Shown: one piece after another, positions 19,099-28,849 of the stretch
Position numbering within the stretch: the stretch's first letter is position 1
Layout of the letters: each line of letters begins with the position of its first letter
Source of the DNA: Gammaproteobacteria bacterium
Lineage (GTDB): Bacteria; Pseudomonadota; Gammaproteobacteria; SZUA-229
Assembly (NCBI GenBank): GCA_041589175.1
Contig: JBFHWF010000001.1
Span: 3,798-67,797, forward strand
DNA: 64,000 nt
Reading direction: 5' to 3'
Translations under genes and position numbers: made by a program
The notes under the pieces: model-generated
Databases searched by the model: none
The model's input: the letters and a program-made list of their open reading frames with translations, nothing else
Told to the model about the DNA's origin: nothing

Positions 19099-21006
19099 AT
19101 GTTCAAAAAATTCAATATTCGTACCCTGCTGGCCGTTAGCTTTACTCTTGTACTTTTGCTGGTAACCCTGGTGAATATCCCCGTTATGCTTGTGACAGTG
19201 AATTCTGTGACCGAAGAGGCTGAGGAAATTGCGCTACAGGATGTATTCGAGAGCGCCAGGGCCGAAATGTCATCGGAAGGACGACTGGCGAATGCACTGG
19301 CATCGATGATTGCCAATGTAGAGATTTTTGCTGAAATGTTTAAAAACGGTGAGCGCGAACAACTCGCCGATGCTCTGGTTCCCGCATTCAAGGTGATGAA
19401 AAAAGAGTTTCATGCGCGCCAGTTTCAGTTTCATACACCACCAGCGACCTCATTCCTGCGTGTGCATAAGCCCCAGAAATTTGGTGATGATCTGTCATCG
19501 TTTCGCAAAACCGTAGTCGCTACCAATGCGACGAAACAGAATGTGGTTGGGCTCGAAAAGGGGGTTGCCGGGCTGGGTGTTCGGGGTATATCACCGGTTT
19601 TCTATCAGGGCGAACATATTGGATCGGTTGAGTTTGGTATGTCTTTTGGTCAGCCCTTCTTTGATAGCTTTAAGAATAAATATGGTGTTGATATTGCGTT
19701 AACTCTGACAAGAGATGGTGGATTTGAAAATTTCGCCTCAACCATGGATGGCACCAGCCTGTTGTCCACAGAGGAGCTGTATTCTGCAATTGACCAGCCA
19801 CTCATTAAAACCACAGAACTTGGCGATATGCCGGTTGCGGTTTATGCCTATCGTGTTGATGACTTCAATGGACAGGCGATTGGTGTTATGGAAGTGGCAA
19901 TGGATCGTAGTCAGTTTCTGGCTGCAATCGAAACCTCACGCAATACAGCAATTCTCATTGGCGTAGTATCACTGATCATGGGTCTCGTTATTGCTGCGAT
20001 TATTGCGAGAATTATTGGGGGGCCACTATGTCAGGCTGTGAATGCAATGAATGAAATTGCCGAAGGTGAGGGTGACCTCACGCGTCGACTGGATGAATCG
20101 GGTGATAATGAAATCAGTCGTCTTGCGGTTGCCTTCAACAAGTTTGCAGAAAAGGTGCGCACCCTGGTAAGCCAGGTGTATGGCTCGACCACGCAGCTGG
20201 CATCGGCAGCTGAAGAGATGTCGGCCATTATGGAAGAAACCAATCGTGGGACACAGCAACAACAGTCCGAGACTGCTCAGGTCGTGACTGCCATGAATGA
20301 AATGACGGCGACGGTTCAGGAAGTGGCACGCCATGCGACAGATGCGGCGGCAGCTGCTAATTCTGCCGATAATGCTTCAGCTGAAGGTAAGCAGGTGGTG
20401 ATTAGCACCATGAATGCAATCGAAAGCCTGTCATCTGAAGTACACTCCGCAGCAACCGTTATAAGCCAGCTGGAAAAAGACAGCGAAAACATTGGTACCG
20501 TGCTGGATGTTATCAAAGGCATTGCAGAACAGACCAACTTGCTGGCACTGAATGCGGCAATTGAAGCCGCGCGAGCCGGTGAACAGGGTCGTGGCTTTGC
20601 TGTCGTAGCAGATGAAGTTAGAACCCTGGCCAGTAAGACACAGCAATCGACCCAGGAAATTCAGGAAATGATAGAAAAACTTCAGGCTGGTGCACAGTCT
20701 GCGGTTAAGGTAATGGATGACAGTCGGATCAAGGCAGAAGAAAGTGTAAGCCAGGCGGCGAAGGCCGGTAGCTCACTGGAGGCAATAACTAACTCGGTAT
20801 CGCTGATCAAGGATATGAATACACAGATAGCAACCGCTGCAGAGCAGCAGAGTTCGGTTGCTGAAGAGATTAATCGTAATGTAGTGAATATCAGTGATAT
20901 TGTTGATCGCACGGCTGAAGGTGCCAGTCAGACATCTATCGCCAGTGAAGAACTGGCCAAACTGGCGGGCGACCTGCAGCATCTGGTCAATCAGTTTAAA
21001 GTTTAA
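19099..21006 (+). CDS. Methyl-accepting chemotaxis protein with a Cache-type periplasmic sensor
   Basis: 635 aa. It has an N-terminal TM and a Cache-like region ('[26 protein letters not shown]...[21 protein letters not shown]'). HAMP follows, then the signalling hairpin '[35 protein letters not shown]'. Confidence 0.92.
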   Translation: MFKKFNIRTLLAVSFTLVLLLVTLVNIPVMLVTVNSVTEEAEEIALQDVFESARAEMSSEGRLANALASMIANVEIFAEMFKNGEREQLADALVPAFKVMKKEFHARQFQFHTPPATSFLRVHKPQKFGDDLSSFRKTVVATNATKQNVVGLEKGVAGLGVRGISPVFYQGEHIGSVEFGMSFGQPFFDSFKNKYGVDIALTLTRDGGFENFASTMDGTSLLSTEELYSAIDQPLIKTTELGDMPVAVYAYRVDDFNGQAIGVMEVAMDRSQFLAAIETSRNTAILIGVVSLIMGLVIAAIIARIIGGPLCQAVNAMNEIAEGEGDLTRRLDESGDNEISRLAVAFNKFAEKVRTLVSQVYGSTTQLASAAEEMSAIMEETNRGTQQQQSETAQVVTAMNEMTATVQEVARHATDAAAAANSADNASAEGKQVVISTMNAIESLSSEVHSAATVISQLEKDSENIGTVLDVIKGIAEQTNLLALNAAIEAARAGEQGRGFAVVADEVRTLASKTQQSTQEIQEMIEKLQAGAQSAVKVMDDSRIKAEESVSQAAKAGSSLEAITNSVSLIKDMNTQIATAAEQQSSVAEEINRNVVNISDIVDRTAEGASQTSIASEELAKLAGDLQHLVNQFKV

Positions 21007-21092
21007 TTGAAAACGTTTACTTTTATAGAAAACGCCCTGTTTTCAGGCAAGGAGTTGACTTAATCAGTTGATTCCCTGTGAAATCGGTCGCT

Positions 21093-21130
21093 AAAGCCCC
21101 AGTCTAAGATACTGGGGCTTTTTGTTTTCC
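21093..21130 (+). terminator. Rho-independent terminator of the Cache-MCP gene
   Basis: A 9-11 bp perfect stem AAAGCCCCAGT / ACTGGGGCTTT has a 7-nt loop (ctaagat). It runs directly into TTTTTGTTTT. Confidence 0.85.
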
Positions 21131-21382
21131 TGAATATAGTTTCGGAGCGTATTTTTATTATTCGTTCAAGTTGAGTACCTGAGCCACCCAGCAAAGTTTT
21201 TTATCGAGGATCCAGCGTTTATCCGTTACAGGCCCTGCTACAAGCGTGCGACAATAACGCAGTTGAAACGTAATATTATGCTGAGCTTGAGTATTACATA
21301 GTTGCGGCTTTTTTGTTTTTAGCTATTAACAGCTCAAGTAAACCCCATGGGTTTCAGGCAGTATATTATTAGTTGTGACTGA

Positions 21383-22585
21383 TCAGATATCCATGGCCAT
21401 ATTTGCCCAGCTGACGGCTTCAACATTAGCGATAAAGATATCGTTACTATCTAGCCCCTGAAAACAGGCGTTTTCGAAGTCAGATACTTCATACGCGAGT
21501 ACGCACTTGAGTGCTTCACCCAGTATTCCCTCGTGTTTTACCAGAGCGTTGACAATTTCCTCGCTGAGCGGCAAGGGTTCGATAACATCGACTATTGCTC
21601 TTTCCATAAGAATATCCAGGGCTGAAAACAGACCTGTCGTGAAGTAGCTGTCGAGGGGTTGCAGGTTCGCTTTCTCAGCTAGCATCTCGCACATTTTTGC
21701 CCGTGTCATGGCAATGTGTATCATCTCTGAGGGTCGGTCATCCAGTTTTGACAGGGCCATCATGGATGCCCAGCTGGAGAGCTGTTTTCGACCCAGTATC
21801 ACAATCGCCTGGCGTATGGATTCTATCTTGTGTGCAAAACTGAAGAATGCCGAGTTAATCAACTTCAGCATTTTGTAGGTCATCGATACATCGAAGCTGA
21901 TGGCTTCTTCCAGTTCTTCGGTGTCCGAATTGGGGTTCTGTAACACGGATAACAGATTAAGTACGGCGAGTTTATTGGAAGGCAGTGACTTGCTTTTGAT
22001 AATACGGGGTTTGCTGAGGAAGTAACCCTGGAAATAATCAAAACCCAGTTTCATGCAGAGTTCGTATTCTTCTACGGTCTCAATTTTTTCTGCCAGTAAT
22101 TTAGCCTTGTATTTGCGTAGAATCTTCACATGTTTGATCAGTTCTTTCTGATCAAGCGCCATAATGTCAATCTTGATGATATCAGCCAGTGCTACCAGCG
22201 GCTTATGGCTGGGGTTATAGATGTAATCATCCAGTGCGATAATGAACCCCTTTTCGGCGAGCCGTTCAACAGCCTTGATCATGCGAAAGTTAACGGGGAT
22301 ATCTTCCAGGACTTCGAGTATGACCTGCTCAGGTGAAATGGGTAAGGAGTCTTCTTCCATTAAAAACTGTTCGGTCAGATTGAAAAAAGCATAGCGCTTA
22401 CCTACCAGTCGCTCGAGACCAATTTCAAGAAAACTGTTGATAATGGTGGTGGAGGTTGCGCCATCAGCGCAAAAGGGCTCCACGTCTGCACGGTTACGGG
22501 AGCCGGTGCGAAACAGGAGTTCATAGCCAAATACGCCGAGATCCCGGTTATAGATAGGTTGTCTGCCAACGAAAATATCTGGCAT
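21383..22585 (-). CDS. EAL plus HDOD domain protein (YuxH-like c-di-GMP phosphodiesterase/receptor)
   Basis: 400 aa. The N-terminal EAL domain shows 'ELLFR', 'ILEVLEDI' and 'LDDY..' followed by 'KIDI'. The C-terminal HDOD-like region contains 'MTYKMLKLINSAFF'. Confidence 0.85.
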   Translation of the reverse strand: MPDIFVGRQPIYNRDLGVFGYELLFRTGSRNRADVEPFCADGATSTTIINSFLEIGLERLVGKRYAFFNLTEQFLMEEDSLPISPEQVILEVLEDIPVNFRMIKAVERLAEKGFIIALDDYIYNPSHKPLVALADIIKIDIMALDQKELIKHVKILRKYKAKLLAEKIETVEEYELCMKLGFDYFQGYFLSKPRIIKSKSLPSNKLAVLNLLSVLQNPNSDTEELEEAISFDVSMTYKMLKLINSAFFSFAHKIESIRQAIVILGRKQLSSWASMMALSKLDDRPSEMIHIAMTRAKMCEMLAEKANLQPLDSYFTTGLFSALDILMERAIVDVIEPLPLSEEIVNALVKHEGILGEALKCVLAYEVSDFENACFQGLDSNDIFIANVEAVSWANMAMDI

Positions 22586-22675
22586 TGGTTGATAAGCCCC
22601 TGAAAGAAAGAATTTTCCTGTTTATATACAAGTTAAATGTAGTTCAATATTGTCCACATAGCTGGAAAAAAACGG

Positions 22676-23740
22676 TTAATTTAGCTTTATAACCATACAG
22701 GTGATTTCTTCCCGGTCATGGTAGAGCTGGCGCATCGTGACGCGATAATGACCATTGATGTCAGCTAAACCATCCCGTAGTACATCACGGCATTCTATGA
22801 TCATGTCATAGCGTTTTTTCATGGGCAGCTTCAGATTAAAGCAGGCATGCAGGCAATGGCCTTCTCGCAACCAGCGTAGCATCAGGCGAGTAATGTGTAG
22901 TGGTCGTTCTACCATATCGCACACCAGCCAGTCGACGGGTTTTGAAGGCAGGTATTTAAAACCGTCGGCTCGGATATGTTCCACCATGCCGCTGGCCATC
23001 AACGTGTCATTCATGGGGCCATTGTCGATGGCAATCACGCGAATATCCCGTTTTACCAGTTGCCAGGTCCAGCCACCGGGGCAGGCGCCCAGGTCAACTG
23101 CGGTCATGCCATTACGCAGGTACTTTTCCTGTTCCTGCGTATTGAGCATCGTCAGGAAAGCTTCATCCAGCTTAAGTGTCGAGCGACTGGGAGCTGCGCC
23201 GGGCATCTTCAGGCGCAAAATACCCATGGTGTGGGGTGAACTATTGTCATTATGTGCCAGGCCAACATGAACCTCACTGGAATCGATAAAAAACAGGTGC
23301 AAACGCCAGGGGCTGCTTGCCTGTAGCAGCTGCTTTTTTTCCAGTGCCCTGCGCAGTGGGGTGGAAAATTTTTTCAGGAAACTGCTGAGTTGCTTGCCTT
23401 CGTTGGTGTCAGCCGGTTCCAGCACGACATCGTGAAACGGGCATTGCAGGGCTTCGACCGACGCCAGCAGGGGGGTTACCCTGTCATTTTCGGGCAGTCC
23501 CTGGATATGCTGGCTGACGAGCACCAGTTGCCGTGCAAATACCATCTCGCTGAAGTTCAGGGCCGTATTCAGCGCCTCTGGCTCGAGTGGCGAGGTGGGA
23601 TAAAATAACACAAAGGCTGTATCCGGGCGGGCCTTTACATAGCCCTGTATGCCAGCCTGCTGGGCCAGTTGCATAATCTCTGCCGCCGCTTCCTTCTCGA
23701 ATCCGGCTCGGCAGTATAACAGGCAACTCTGGGCTAACAT
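22676..23740 (-). CDS. rlmM: 23S rRNA (cytidine2498-2'-O)-methyltransferase
   Basis: 354 aa. The N-terminus 'LLYCRAGFEKEAAAEI' compares with E. coli RlmM 'VLLCRPGFEKECAAEI'. The SAM-binding motif is 'AVDLGACPGGWT'. Confidence 0.9.
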   Translation of the reverse strand: MLAQSCLLYCRAGFEKEAAAEIMQLAQQAGIQGYVKARPDTAFVLFYPTSPLEPEALNTALNFSEMVFARQLVLVSQHIQGLPENDRVTPLLASVEALQCPFHDVVLEPADTNEGKQLSSFLKKFSTPLRRALEKKQLLQASSPWRLHLFFIDSSEVHVGLAHNDNSSPHTMGILRLKMPGAAPSRSTLKLDEAFLTMLNTQEQEKYLRNGMTAVDLGACPGGWTWQLVKRDIRVIAIDNGPMNDTLMASGMVEHIRADGFKYLPSKPVDWLVCDMVERPLHITRLMLRWLREGHCLHACFNLKLPMKKRYDMIIECRDVLRDGLADINGHYRVTMRQLYHDREEITCMVIKLN

Positions 23741-23905
23741 GGCAGTTCACGGGGTGGCTGGTGAGTGGCAGGAGGATACACTATTTGCTGATTTAGCCCA
23801 ATGGCCTTACCGTGATCAGGTTGAATTCTGGCGGTAGCGGTGTAATATCGCAAATCCCCGAGAACCCGGGCCTGGATACCAGGCCAGTTAAATTGAGGCG
23901 CTATT

Positions 23906-24148
23906 ATGTCCCCGGATGATGTAAAAAAACTGATCGAAGATGGTATCGAAGGTGCCGAGGTAGTGATTAGTGGTGAAGGCTGTAACCTTGAGTGCACGGT
24001 TGTCAGCGATGCCTTCGAAGGTAAAACCATGCTAGCCGAGCAGAAGATGGTGTATGCCACGGTGAATCACCTGATTCAGTCAGGCGAGCTGCATGCTCTG
24101 GGTATCAAGGCATTTACCCGTGATGAGTGGGCACAGCAGGACGCCTAG
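23906..24148 (+). CDS. ibaG: BolA-family protein IbaG
   Basis: 80 aa, collinear with E. coli IbaG/YrbA as recalled. Examples are 'VVISGEG..', '..QKMVYATV' and 'HALGIKAFTRDEWA' versus 'HAVSIKAYTPAEWA'. Confidence 0.8.
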   Translation: MSPDDVKKLIEDGIEGAEVVISGEGCNLECTVVSDAFEGKTMLAEQKMVYATVNHLIQSGELHALGIKAFTRDEWAQQDA

Positions 24149-24211
24149 CCTGTCGTCGGCCGGGCGTGTACCCGGCTCAATTACGTTATTTAGGTACGTT
24201 ATTCAGGCAGG

Positions 24212-25009
24212 TTATTTCAGGTCGTCCGTCAGGTGCGGCCTGATCGCTTCATACAATGGCTGGTAAACCTTGCTGGCCGCGGCCACCACGTTACCGGTTT
24301 CCAGGTACTTGCCGTCGCCGGAAAAGTCGGTGACGATGCCACCCGCTTCACGAACCAGCAGTACACCCGCCGCCATATCCCAGGGGCTCAGGCCCAGTTC
24401 CCAGAAACCATCCAGTCGACCGGCTGCTACGTAGGCCAGGTCCAGCGCGGCTGAACCGGCGCGGCGGATACCGGCTGCGTGTGGGTGTACCGCCTTGAAT
24501 GTTTCCAGGTAGCAGTCAAGGTGCTGTGGATGCTTGAAGGGAAATCCAGTGCCAATGAGTGAGCCTTGCAGGCCTTTCTGTCCTGTGACGCGGATGCGGC
24601 GGTCATTCAGCTGGGCACCTTCGCCCTTGGCCGCAGTAAACAGCTCGTTCTTTACCGGGTCATAAACCACCGCAATTTCCAGGCGGCCCTTACGCTGCAT
24701 GGCGATAGACACCGCGAACTGGGGGAAACCGTGCAGGAAGTTAGTGGTGCCGTCCAGCGGGTCGATGATCCACTGGGTATCACTGTCCTCGTTAAAACGG
24801 CCATTTTCCTCGGCGAGGATGCCGTGATCCGGGTAGGCCGTGCGCAGGGCCTCGATAATGACTTCTTCAGCCTTCAGGTCAACCTGGGAAACAAAATCGT
24901 TCTGTGCCTTGGTTTCGACCTTGAGTCGATCCAGCTTGTCGATATTACGCAGAATGATATCCCCGGCGGCACGGGCGGCACGGGTGGCGATGGTCAGGGT
25001 TGGGTTCAT
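24212..25009 (-). CDS. suhB: Inositol-1-monophosphatase
   Basis: 265 aa. IMPase motifs are 'WIIDPLDGTTNF' and 'GSAALDLAYVAAGRLDGFWE'. It is divergent from trmJ, as in E. coli. Confidence 0.92.
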   Translation of the reverse strand: MNPTLTIATRAARAAGDIILRNIDKLDRLKVETKAQNDFVSQVDLKAEEVIIEALRTAYPDHGILAEENGRFNEDSDTQWIIDPLDGTTNFLHGFPQFAVSIAMQRKGRLEIAVVYDPVKNELFTAAKGEGAQLNDRRIRVTGQKGLQGSLIGTGFPFKHPQHLDCYLETFKAVHPHAAGIRRAGSAALDLAYVAAGRLDGFWELGLSPWDMAAGVLLVREAGGIVTDFSGDGKYLETGNVVAAASKVYQPLYEAIRPHLTDDLK

Positions 25010-25144
25010 AGCTGAAGGTCTTTAACTGCCGAATAGAGGGCGCAGATCATACCAGAAAGCCGGGCAATTTTCTCCACCGGAATAGGCCTCAACAGGGTAT
25101 CATTAGCGCTTTTTAGTTAGCGCTATTAGCTTCAGGCCGTCCAC

Positions 25145-25915
25145 ATGTTTGAAAATATCCGCATCGTTCTAGTTAACACCCACCACCCCGGCAATATCGG
25201 TGCCGCCGCCCGAGCCATGAAGAACATGGGGCTGACACGGCTATACCTGGTCTCGCCGGTGGATTACCCATCCTTTGAGGCCTCTCAACGGGCCTCCTCA
25301 GCAACGGATGTGCTGGAACAGGCCGTGGTGGTGGATACCCTTGCCGAAGCACTGGAAGGCTGTAGCCTGGCCTGCGGTACCACGGCGCGGCTGCGCTCGG
25401 TGCAATGGCCACAGGTGGATGCACGGGAGTGCGGCGAGCTACTGGTAAAGGAAAGTGCCCAGCAGGAAGTCGCACTGGTATTCGGGCGAGAGCGTACCGG
25501 TTTACACAACGACGAACTGGAGCAGTGCCAGGTGCTGGTGAATATCCCCACCGGCAAGGCCTACAGCTCACTTAACCTGGCCCAGGCGGTGCAGGTGTTG
25601 AGTTACGAGATTCTCATGGCAAGTGGCCTCGGCGGTGCAGAGCCCAAGCAGGCCAAGGGTGAAATCAGGCAGGATGAGAAAGACCTGCCGGCAACCGCCG
25701 AACAACTCGAGGGTATGTATGGTCATTTTCTCGAAGCGTTAACGCAGATGAATTTCTTCGGCAAGCGAAACCCGGAGCATATTATGCGCAAGCTGCGCTG
25801 CCTGTTTGGGCGCACCCGTCCCAGCCTGCGCGAGGTGCAGATTATGCGCGGTATCCTGTCCTATGCGCAGGACCGGAAAAACCAGCGGGGCTCAGCCGAT
25901 GAGGATAAGGACTGA
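25145..25915 (+). CDS. trmJ: tRNA (cytidine/uridine-2'-O)-methyltransferase
   Basis: 256 aa, nearly collinear with E. coli TrmJ. 'IRIVLVNTHHPGNIGAAARAMKNMGL' compares with '[26 protein letters not shown]'. 'VALVFGRERTGL' and 'SSLNLAQAVQV' also match. Confidence 0.93.
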   Translation: MFENIRIVLVNTHHPGNIGAAARAMKNMGLTRLYLVSPVDYPSFEASQRASSATDVLEQAVVVDTLAEALEGCSLACGTTARLRSVQWPQVDARECGELLVKESAQQEVALVFGRERTGLHNDELEQCQVLVNIPTGKAYSSLNLAQAVQVLSYEILMASGLGGAEPKQAKGEIRQDEKDLPATAEQLEGMYGHFLEALTQMNFFGKRNPEHIMRKLRCLFGRTRPSLREVQIMRGILSYAQDRKNQRGSADEDKD

Positions 25916-25925
25916 GTGTCCGGGC

Positions 25926-26309
25926 TTATTCCGTTACCGGCGATGGGTGACGGGCGAAGCGGATAATCAGCCATAGCCAGGCGATAATAAAACAGCTGCC
26001 ACCAATGGGCGTAATCATCCCAAGGCTGCGAATGCCGCTGAGACTGAGAACATACAGGCTGCCACTGAACAGTAATATGCCGGTAAACATCAGCAGGCCG
26101 GGGCCTGTTACTGGCATCCTGAAGACCTGGCCGACCAGCCCGAGCAGGATCAGGCCCAGTGCATGGTAAAACTGGTAGTCGACAGCGGTTTGCCAGATGC
26201 CTTTTTCATAGTCACCGAGCGTGGCCTTCAAACCATGGGCAGCAAAGGCACCCAGTACCACGGCGAGCAGGGCACAGCTTGCGCCGATAATTATTAATTG
26301 TCTGTGCAT
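25926..26309 (-). CDS. DUF423 (YgdD-like) membrane protein
   Basis: The ORF is open to 26399. I prefer the Met at 26309 ('MHRQLIIIGASCALLAVVLGAFAAHGLK'), which gives a ~127-aa four-TM protein and removes the overlap with yajQ. Confidence 0.75.
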   Translation of the reverse strand: MHRQLIIIGASCALLAVVLGAFAAHGLKATLGDYEKGIWQTAVDYQFYHALGLILLGLVGQVFRMPVTGPGLLMFTGILLFSGSLYVLSLSGIRSLGMITPIGGSCFIIAWLWLIIRFARHPSPVTE

Positions 26310-26362
26310 AGCGGTTGTTATTACAATTTGCGGGCACACAAGTTTAATACAGGAGACAGTAA

Positions 26363-26848
26363 ATGCCATCATTTGACGTGGTATCCGAAGTCGATGCACA
26401 CGAACTCAGCAACGCGGTCGACCAGGTGAATCGCGAAGTGGGTAACCGTTTTGATTTCAAGGGTTCCGATGCAAAGGTCGAGCTGGCAGATACCGTGCTC
26501 AAGGTCGAGGCAGAAAGTGATTTCCAGATACAGCAGATGGAACCGATTATCTACAGCAAGCTGACCAAGCGGGGTATCGATACCCGTTGCCTGGAAAAGG
26601 GGGATGTCGAAATCCGGGGCCGACGTGCCTACCAGTCGATTACTGTGCGCCAGGGTGTCGATAAGGACCTGGCGAGAAAGATCGTGAAGATGATCAAGGA
26701 TATGAAAATGAAAGTGCAGGCCGCGGTGCAGGGTGATCAGGTTCGTGTGACCGGCAAGAAACGGGATGACCTGCAGCAGGTGATGGCGATGTTAAAGTCT
26801 GCGGAAAGCATCGACCTGCCATTGCAGTACACGAACTTTCGCGATTAA
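26363..26848 (+). CDS. yajQ: YajQ-family (UPF0234) nucleotide / c-di-GMP-binding protein
   Basis: 161 aa. The N-terminus 'MPSFDVVSEVDAHELSNAVDQVNREVGNRFDFKGS' is the canonical YajQ opening. Confidence 0.9.
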   Translation: MPSFDVVSEVDAHELSNAVDQVNREVGNRFDFKGSDAKVELADTVLKVEAESDFQIQQMEPIIYSKLTKRGIDTRCLEKGDVEIRGRRAYQSITVRQGVDKDLARKIVKMIKDMKMKVQAAVQGDQVRVTGKKRDDLQQVMAMLKSAESIDLPLQYTNFRD

Positions 26849-26859
26849 GAGCGTGCGTT

Positions 26860-27078
26860 ATGCAACGAATGCGATTCTCACTGAATATTAGTGCAGATCG
26901 TTACCTGTCTTATTATCAGGGCGCGGCTAAATCCGTCTGGGTTGAGACAGAAGATGGGCGATCATTAAAATTTCCCGCCTCAGAGTTACAGCGTTTTGTG
27001 AGCCATGATGGCATTCATGGGCGATTCGAAATTATCTTTGATGGGCAAAATAAACTGGTGAGTCTTAAGAGGATCTAA
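26860..27078 (+). CDS. DUF2835-like small protein
   Basis: 72 aa. 'FSLNISADRYLSYYQGAAKSVWVETEDGRSLKFPASELQRFVSHDGIHGRFEI' fits my recollection of DUF2835. It starts 11 nt after yajQ. Confidence 0.6.
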   Translation: MQRMRFSLNISADRYLSYYQGAAKSVWVETEDGRSLKFPASELQRFVSHDGIHGRFEIIFDGQNKLVSLKRI

Positions 27079-27089
27079 TCAGGTGCAGA

Positions 27090-27128
27090 CCACGGGGTGA
27101 GTGTCACCCCGTGGCAGGCCGTTTTATT
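27090..27128 (+). terminator. Hairpin terminator between convergent genes
   Basis: An 11-bp perfect inverted repeat CCACGGGGTGA-gtg-TCACCCCGTGG (27090-27114) is followed a few nt later by GTTTTATT. It sits between the DUF2835 gene (+) and the secreted-protein gene (-). Confidence 0.65.
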
Positions 27129-27456
27129 GCTGCATGCTTTCCGCATCGCTGGGCTTGTCAGCAATCGTTTCAACACAGGTCCAGCCCCAGCCAGTCTGCT
27201 TTTCAATAAAACCACGGGCCTTGTCTTCGCAGTAGTTTGGATCGTTTTCTGCGTTCCACAGGGTCTGGTCTGCTTCACCTTCAGTGAGCTTTTTATAGAT
27301 AACCTGGCAGGGTACGGGTGCGTCGCCATCACGTTCGATATGAATCTCACGTACGTCGTCACCGTGGCGGCAGCTCCAGGAGTCTGCCTGCAGGCTAAAT
27401 GGAATACACAGGCATGCAATGCCCAGGCCCTGAATAATTCGTGTGGTTAGCGTCAT
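27124..27456 (-). CDS. Secreted cysteine-containing hypothetical protein
   Basis: 110 aa. It has a clear signal peptide 'MTLTTRIIQGLGIACLCIPFSLQA' and four Cys in the mature part. I preferred it over two overlapping ORFs (27075-27419 -, 27097-27450 +) that lack protein-like features. Confidence 0.6.
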   Translation of the reverse strand: MTLTTRIIQGLGIACLCIPFSLQADSWSCRHGDDVREIHIERDGDAPVPCQVIYKKLTEGEADQTLWNAENDPNYCEDKARGFIEKQTGWGWTCVETIADKPSDAESMQQ

Positions 27457-27564
27457 TGGACTTACCTCATTTTTTTTGTGAACAGGATACCGCGTTAAGA
27501 AGGATCAATCATACTCCAGAATATAGACACTGTTGACCAGGAATGTAATGAATATTGATTCACT

Positions 27565-28728
27565 TTATACCTGTTGACCCATCTCAATGGCTTTACGGGT
27601 AAAAACAGGGCCGATAATTTCGAAGAATATCGTAGAGCTGATAACGATTGAGAGTAGTACCTGTTTATGTTCAGGAAAGTAGTGAGATGCCACAAGCGCC
27701 ATGCCGATGGCCACGCCTGCCTGAGGTAACAGGGCAAGTCCCATCCAGCGGCGGGTTGCAGCAGGTGCATGACTCATTTCAGATCCCAGTCGAGCACCGA
27801 GGACTTTTCCAAGGGTACGCGCCAGAATATAGGTAATACCAAGCAGACCAAGCCCAGTCAGAGAATCAAGTTCCAGGCTGGCACCCGCCAGAATAAAGAA
27901 CACCACCATAAACTGTGATTCGATGCCTTCTATTTCGTGAAAGGGGTACTCGTGGTGGCTGGCAAAATTGGAAATGATGGCCCCCAGTACCATCGAGGCA
28001 ATCAGGAACGATACGTCAAGCCAGATCGCCAGGCCGCCACAGATAAACACCAGTCCCAGTGCCTCCGACAGTATTGGCTTTCCAGGATTCAGGCGACCGG
28101 TTAATGCAGCAGCAGGTATGCCCAGGGCTACGCCGAGTAATGCTGCACCGCCAATATCCTTTAATGCCATGAGTAATACGGAGGTTTCAGTTATACCATT
28201 CCAGCTTGAGACAATGGCAATGCCCACGGCAAATACAATAAGCGCCCAGACATCATCCAGCGCAACAATGGAAAGTAGCAGCTGGGAAAAACGAGACGAT
28301 GTACCCAGTTCATCGACGATGTCGAGGATTGCAGCGGGTGCAGTCGCGGCAGCAATACAGCCGAGTATTAATGCCAGCTCTTTTGGTGAGCCCATCCATA
28401 GTAGTAAAAGTGTTACTGTCAGAGTGGTGACCAGTGCCGCACTAAGCGAGATCCACAGGCTTTGCCCGATTGATTCTTTGAGAAAACCACAGCAGAGCTT
28501 GCCACCGAGTAGAAACCCGACCATGACCAGCGTCATACTGGCGATGATATCGAACCACTGGGTAAATCCGGCAGGGATAAGGTTAAGCCCATTATTGCCA
28601 AGAGCCAGGCCGAACAGTAATAACAGAGTGACACGGGGTAGAGGGGTATGGCGGCCCATTGCTGAGGTCAGCAGTCCGAAAAGTAAAATACAGCCCAGTG
28701 TTATCAGAAGTTCGTGGTTAGTCAGCAT
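27565..28728 (-). CDS. Cation:proton antiporter (Na+/H+ exchanger family, CPA)
   Basis: 387-aa polytopic membrane protein with about 11-12 hydrophobic segments. It has CPA-like motifs ('ALDDVWALIVFA', 'FFILAGASL'). Confidence 0.8.
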   Translation of the reverse strand: MLTNHELLITLGCILLFGLLTSAMGRHTPLPRVTLLLLFGLALGNNGLNLIPAGFTQWFDIIASMTLVMVGFLLGGKLCCGFLKESIGQSLWISLSAALVTTLTVTLLLLWMGSPKELALILGCIAAATAPAAILDIVDELGTSSRFSQLLLSIVALDDVWALIVFAVGIAIVSSWNGITETSVLLMALKDIGGAALLGVALGIPAAALTGRLNPGKPILSEALGLVFICGGLAIWLDVSFLIASMVLGAIISNFASHHEYPFHEIEGIESQFMVVFFILAGASLELDSLTGLGLLGITYILARTLGKVLGARLGSEMSHAPAATRRWMGLALLPQAGVAIGMALVASHYFPEHKQVLLSIVISSTIFFEIIGPVFTRKAIEMGQQV

Positions 28729-28849
28729 GAATGATTATCTTCAGAGACAATACATTGATTATAGGTGCTGTCCTGTAACAGGCATGAATGTGAAAGGGGG
28801 AAATAGTGCGATATGATAAGAAATCAGTGTATAGCAACTGGATAAGGGT

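Noticed and set aside
23906-24148. A link between ibaG and the Mla-like operon, since ibaG follows mlaB in E. coli.
   Set aside because: Here ibaG lies 17 kb away from the Mla-like operon, on its own between rlmM and suhB. No sequence-level evidence supports a functional connection.
27075-27450. Two alternative ORFs (27075-27419 on the - strand, 27097-27450 on the + strand) compete with the 110-aa secreted-protein call.
   Set aside because: Only the 27124-27456 (-) frame yields a canonical signal peptide and a balanced, protein-like composition. The other two are R/A/T- or V/F/L-rich shadow frames, and one overlaps the terminator hairpin.
27968-28816. A 282-aa ORF on the + strand, the longest ORF in this region without a call.
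   Set aside because: It lies entirely antisense to the well-supported cation:proton antiporter gene. Its translation is low-complexity (S/A/P/I/T-rich), as expected for the mirror frame of a membrane-protein gene. It has no motifs and no plausible RBS context.
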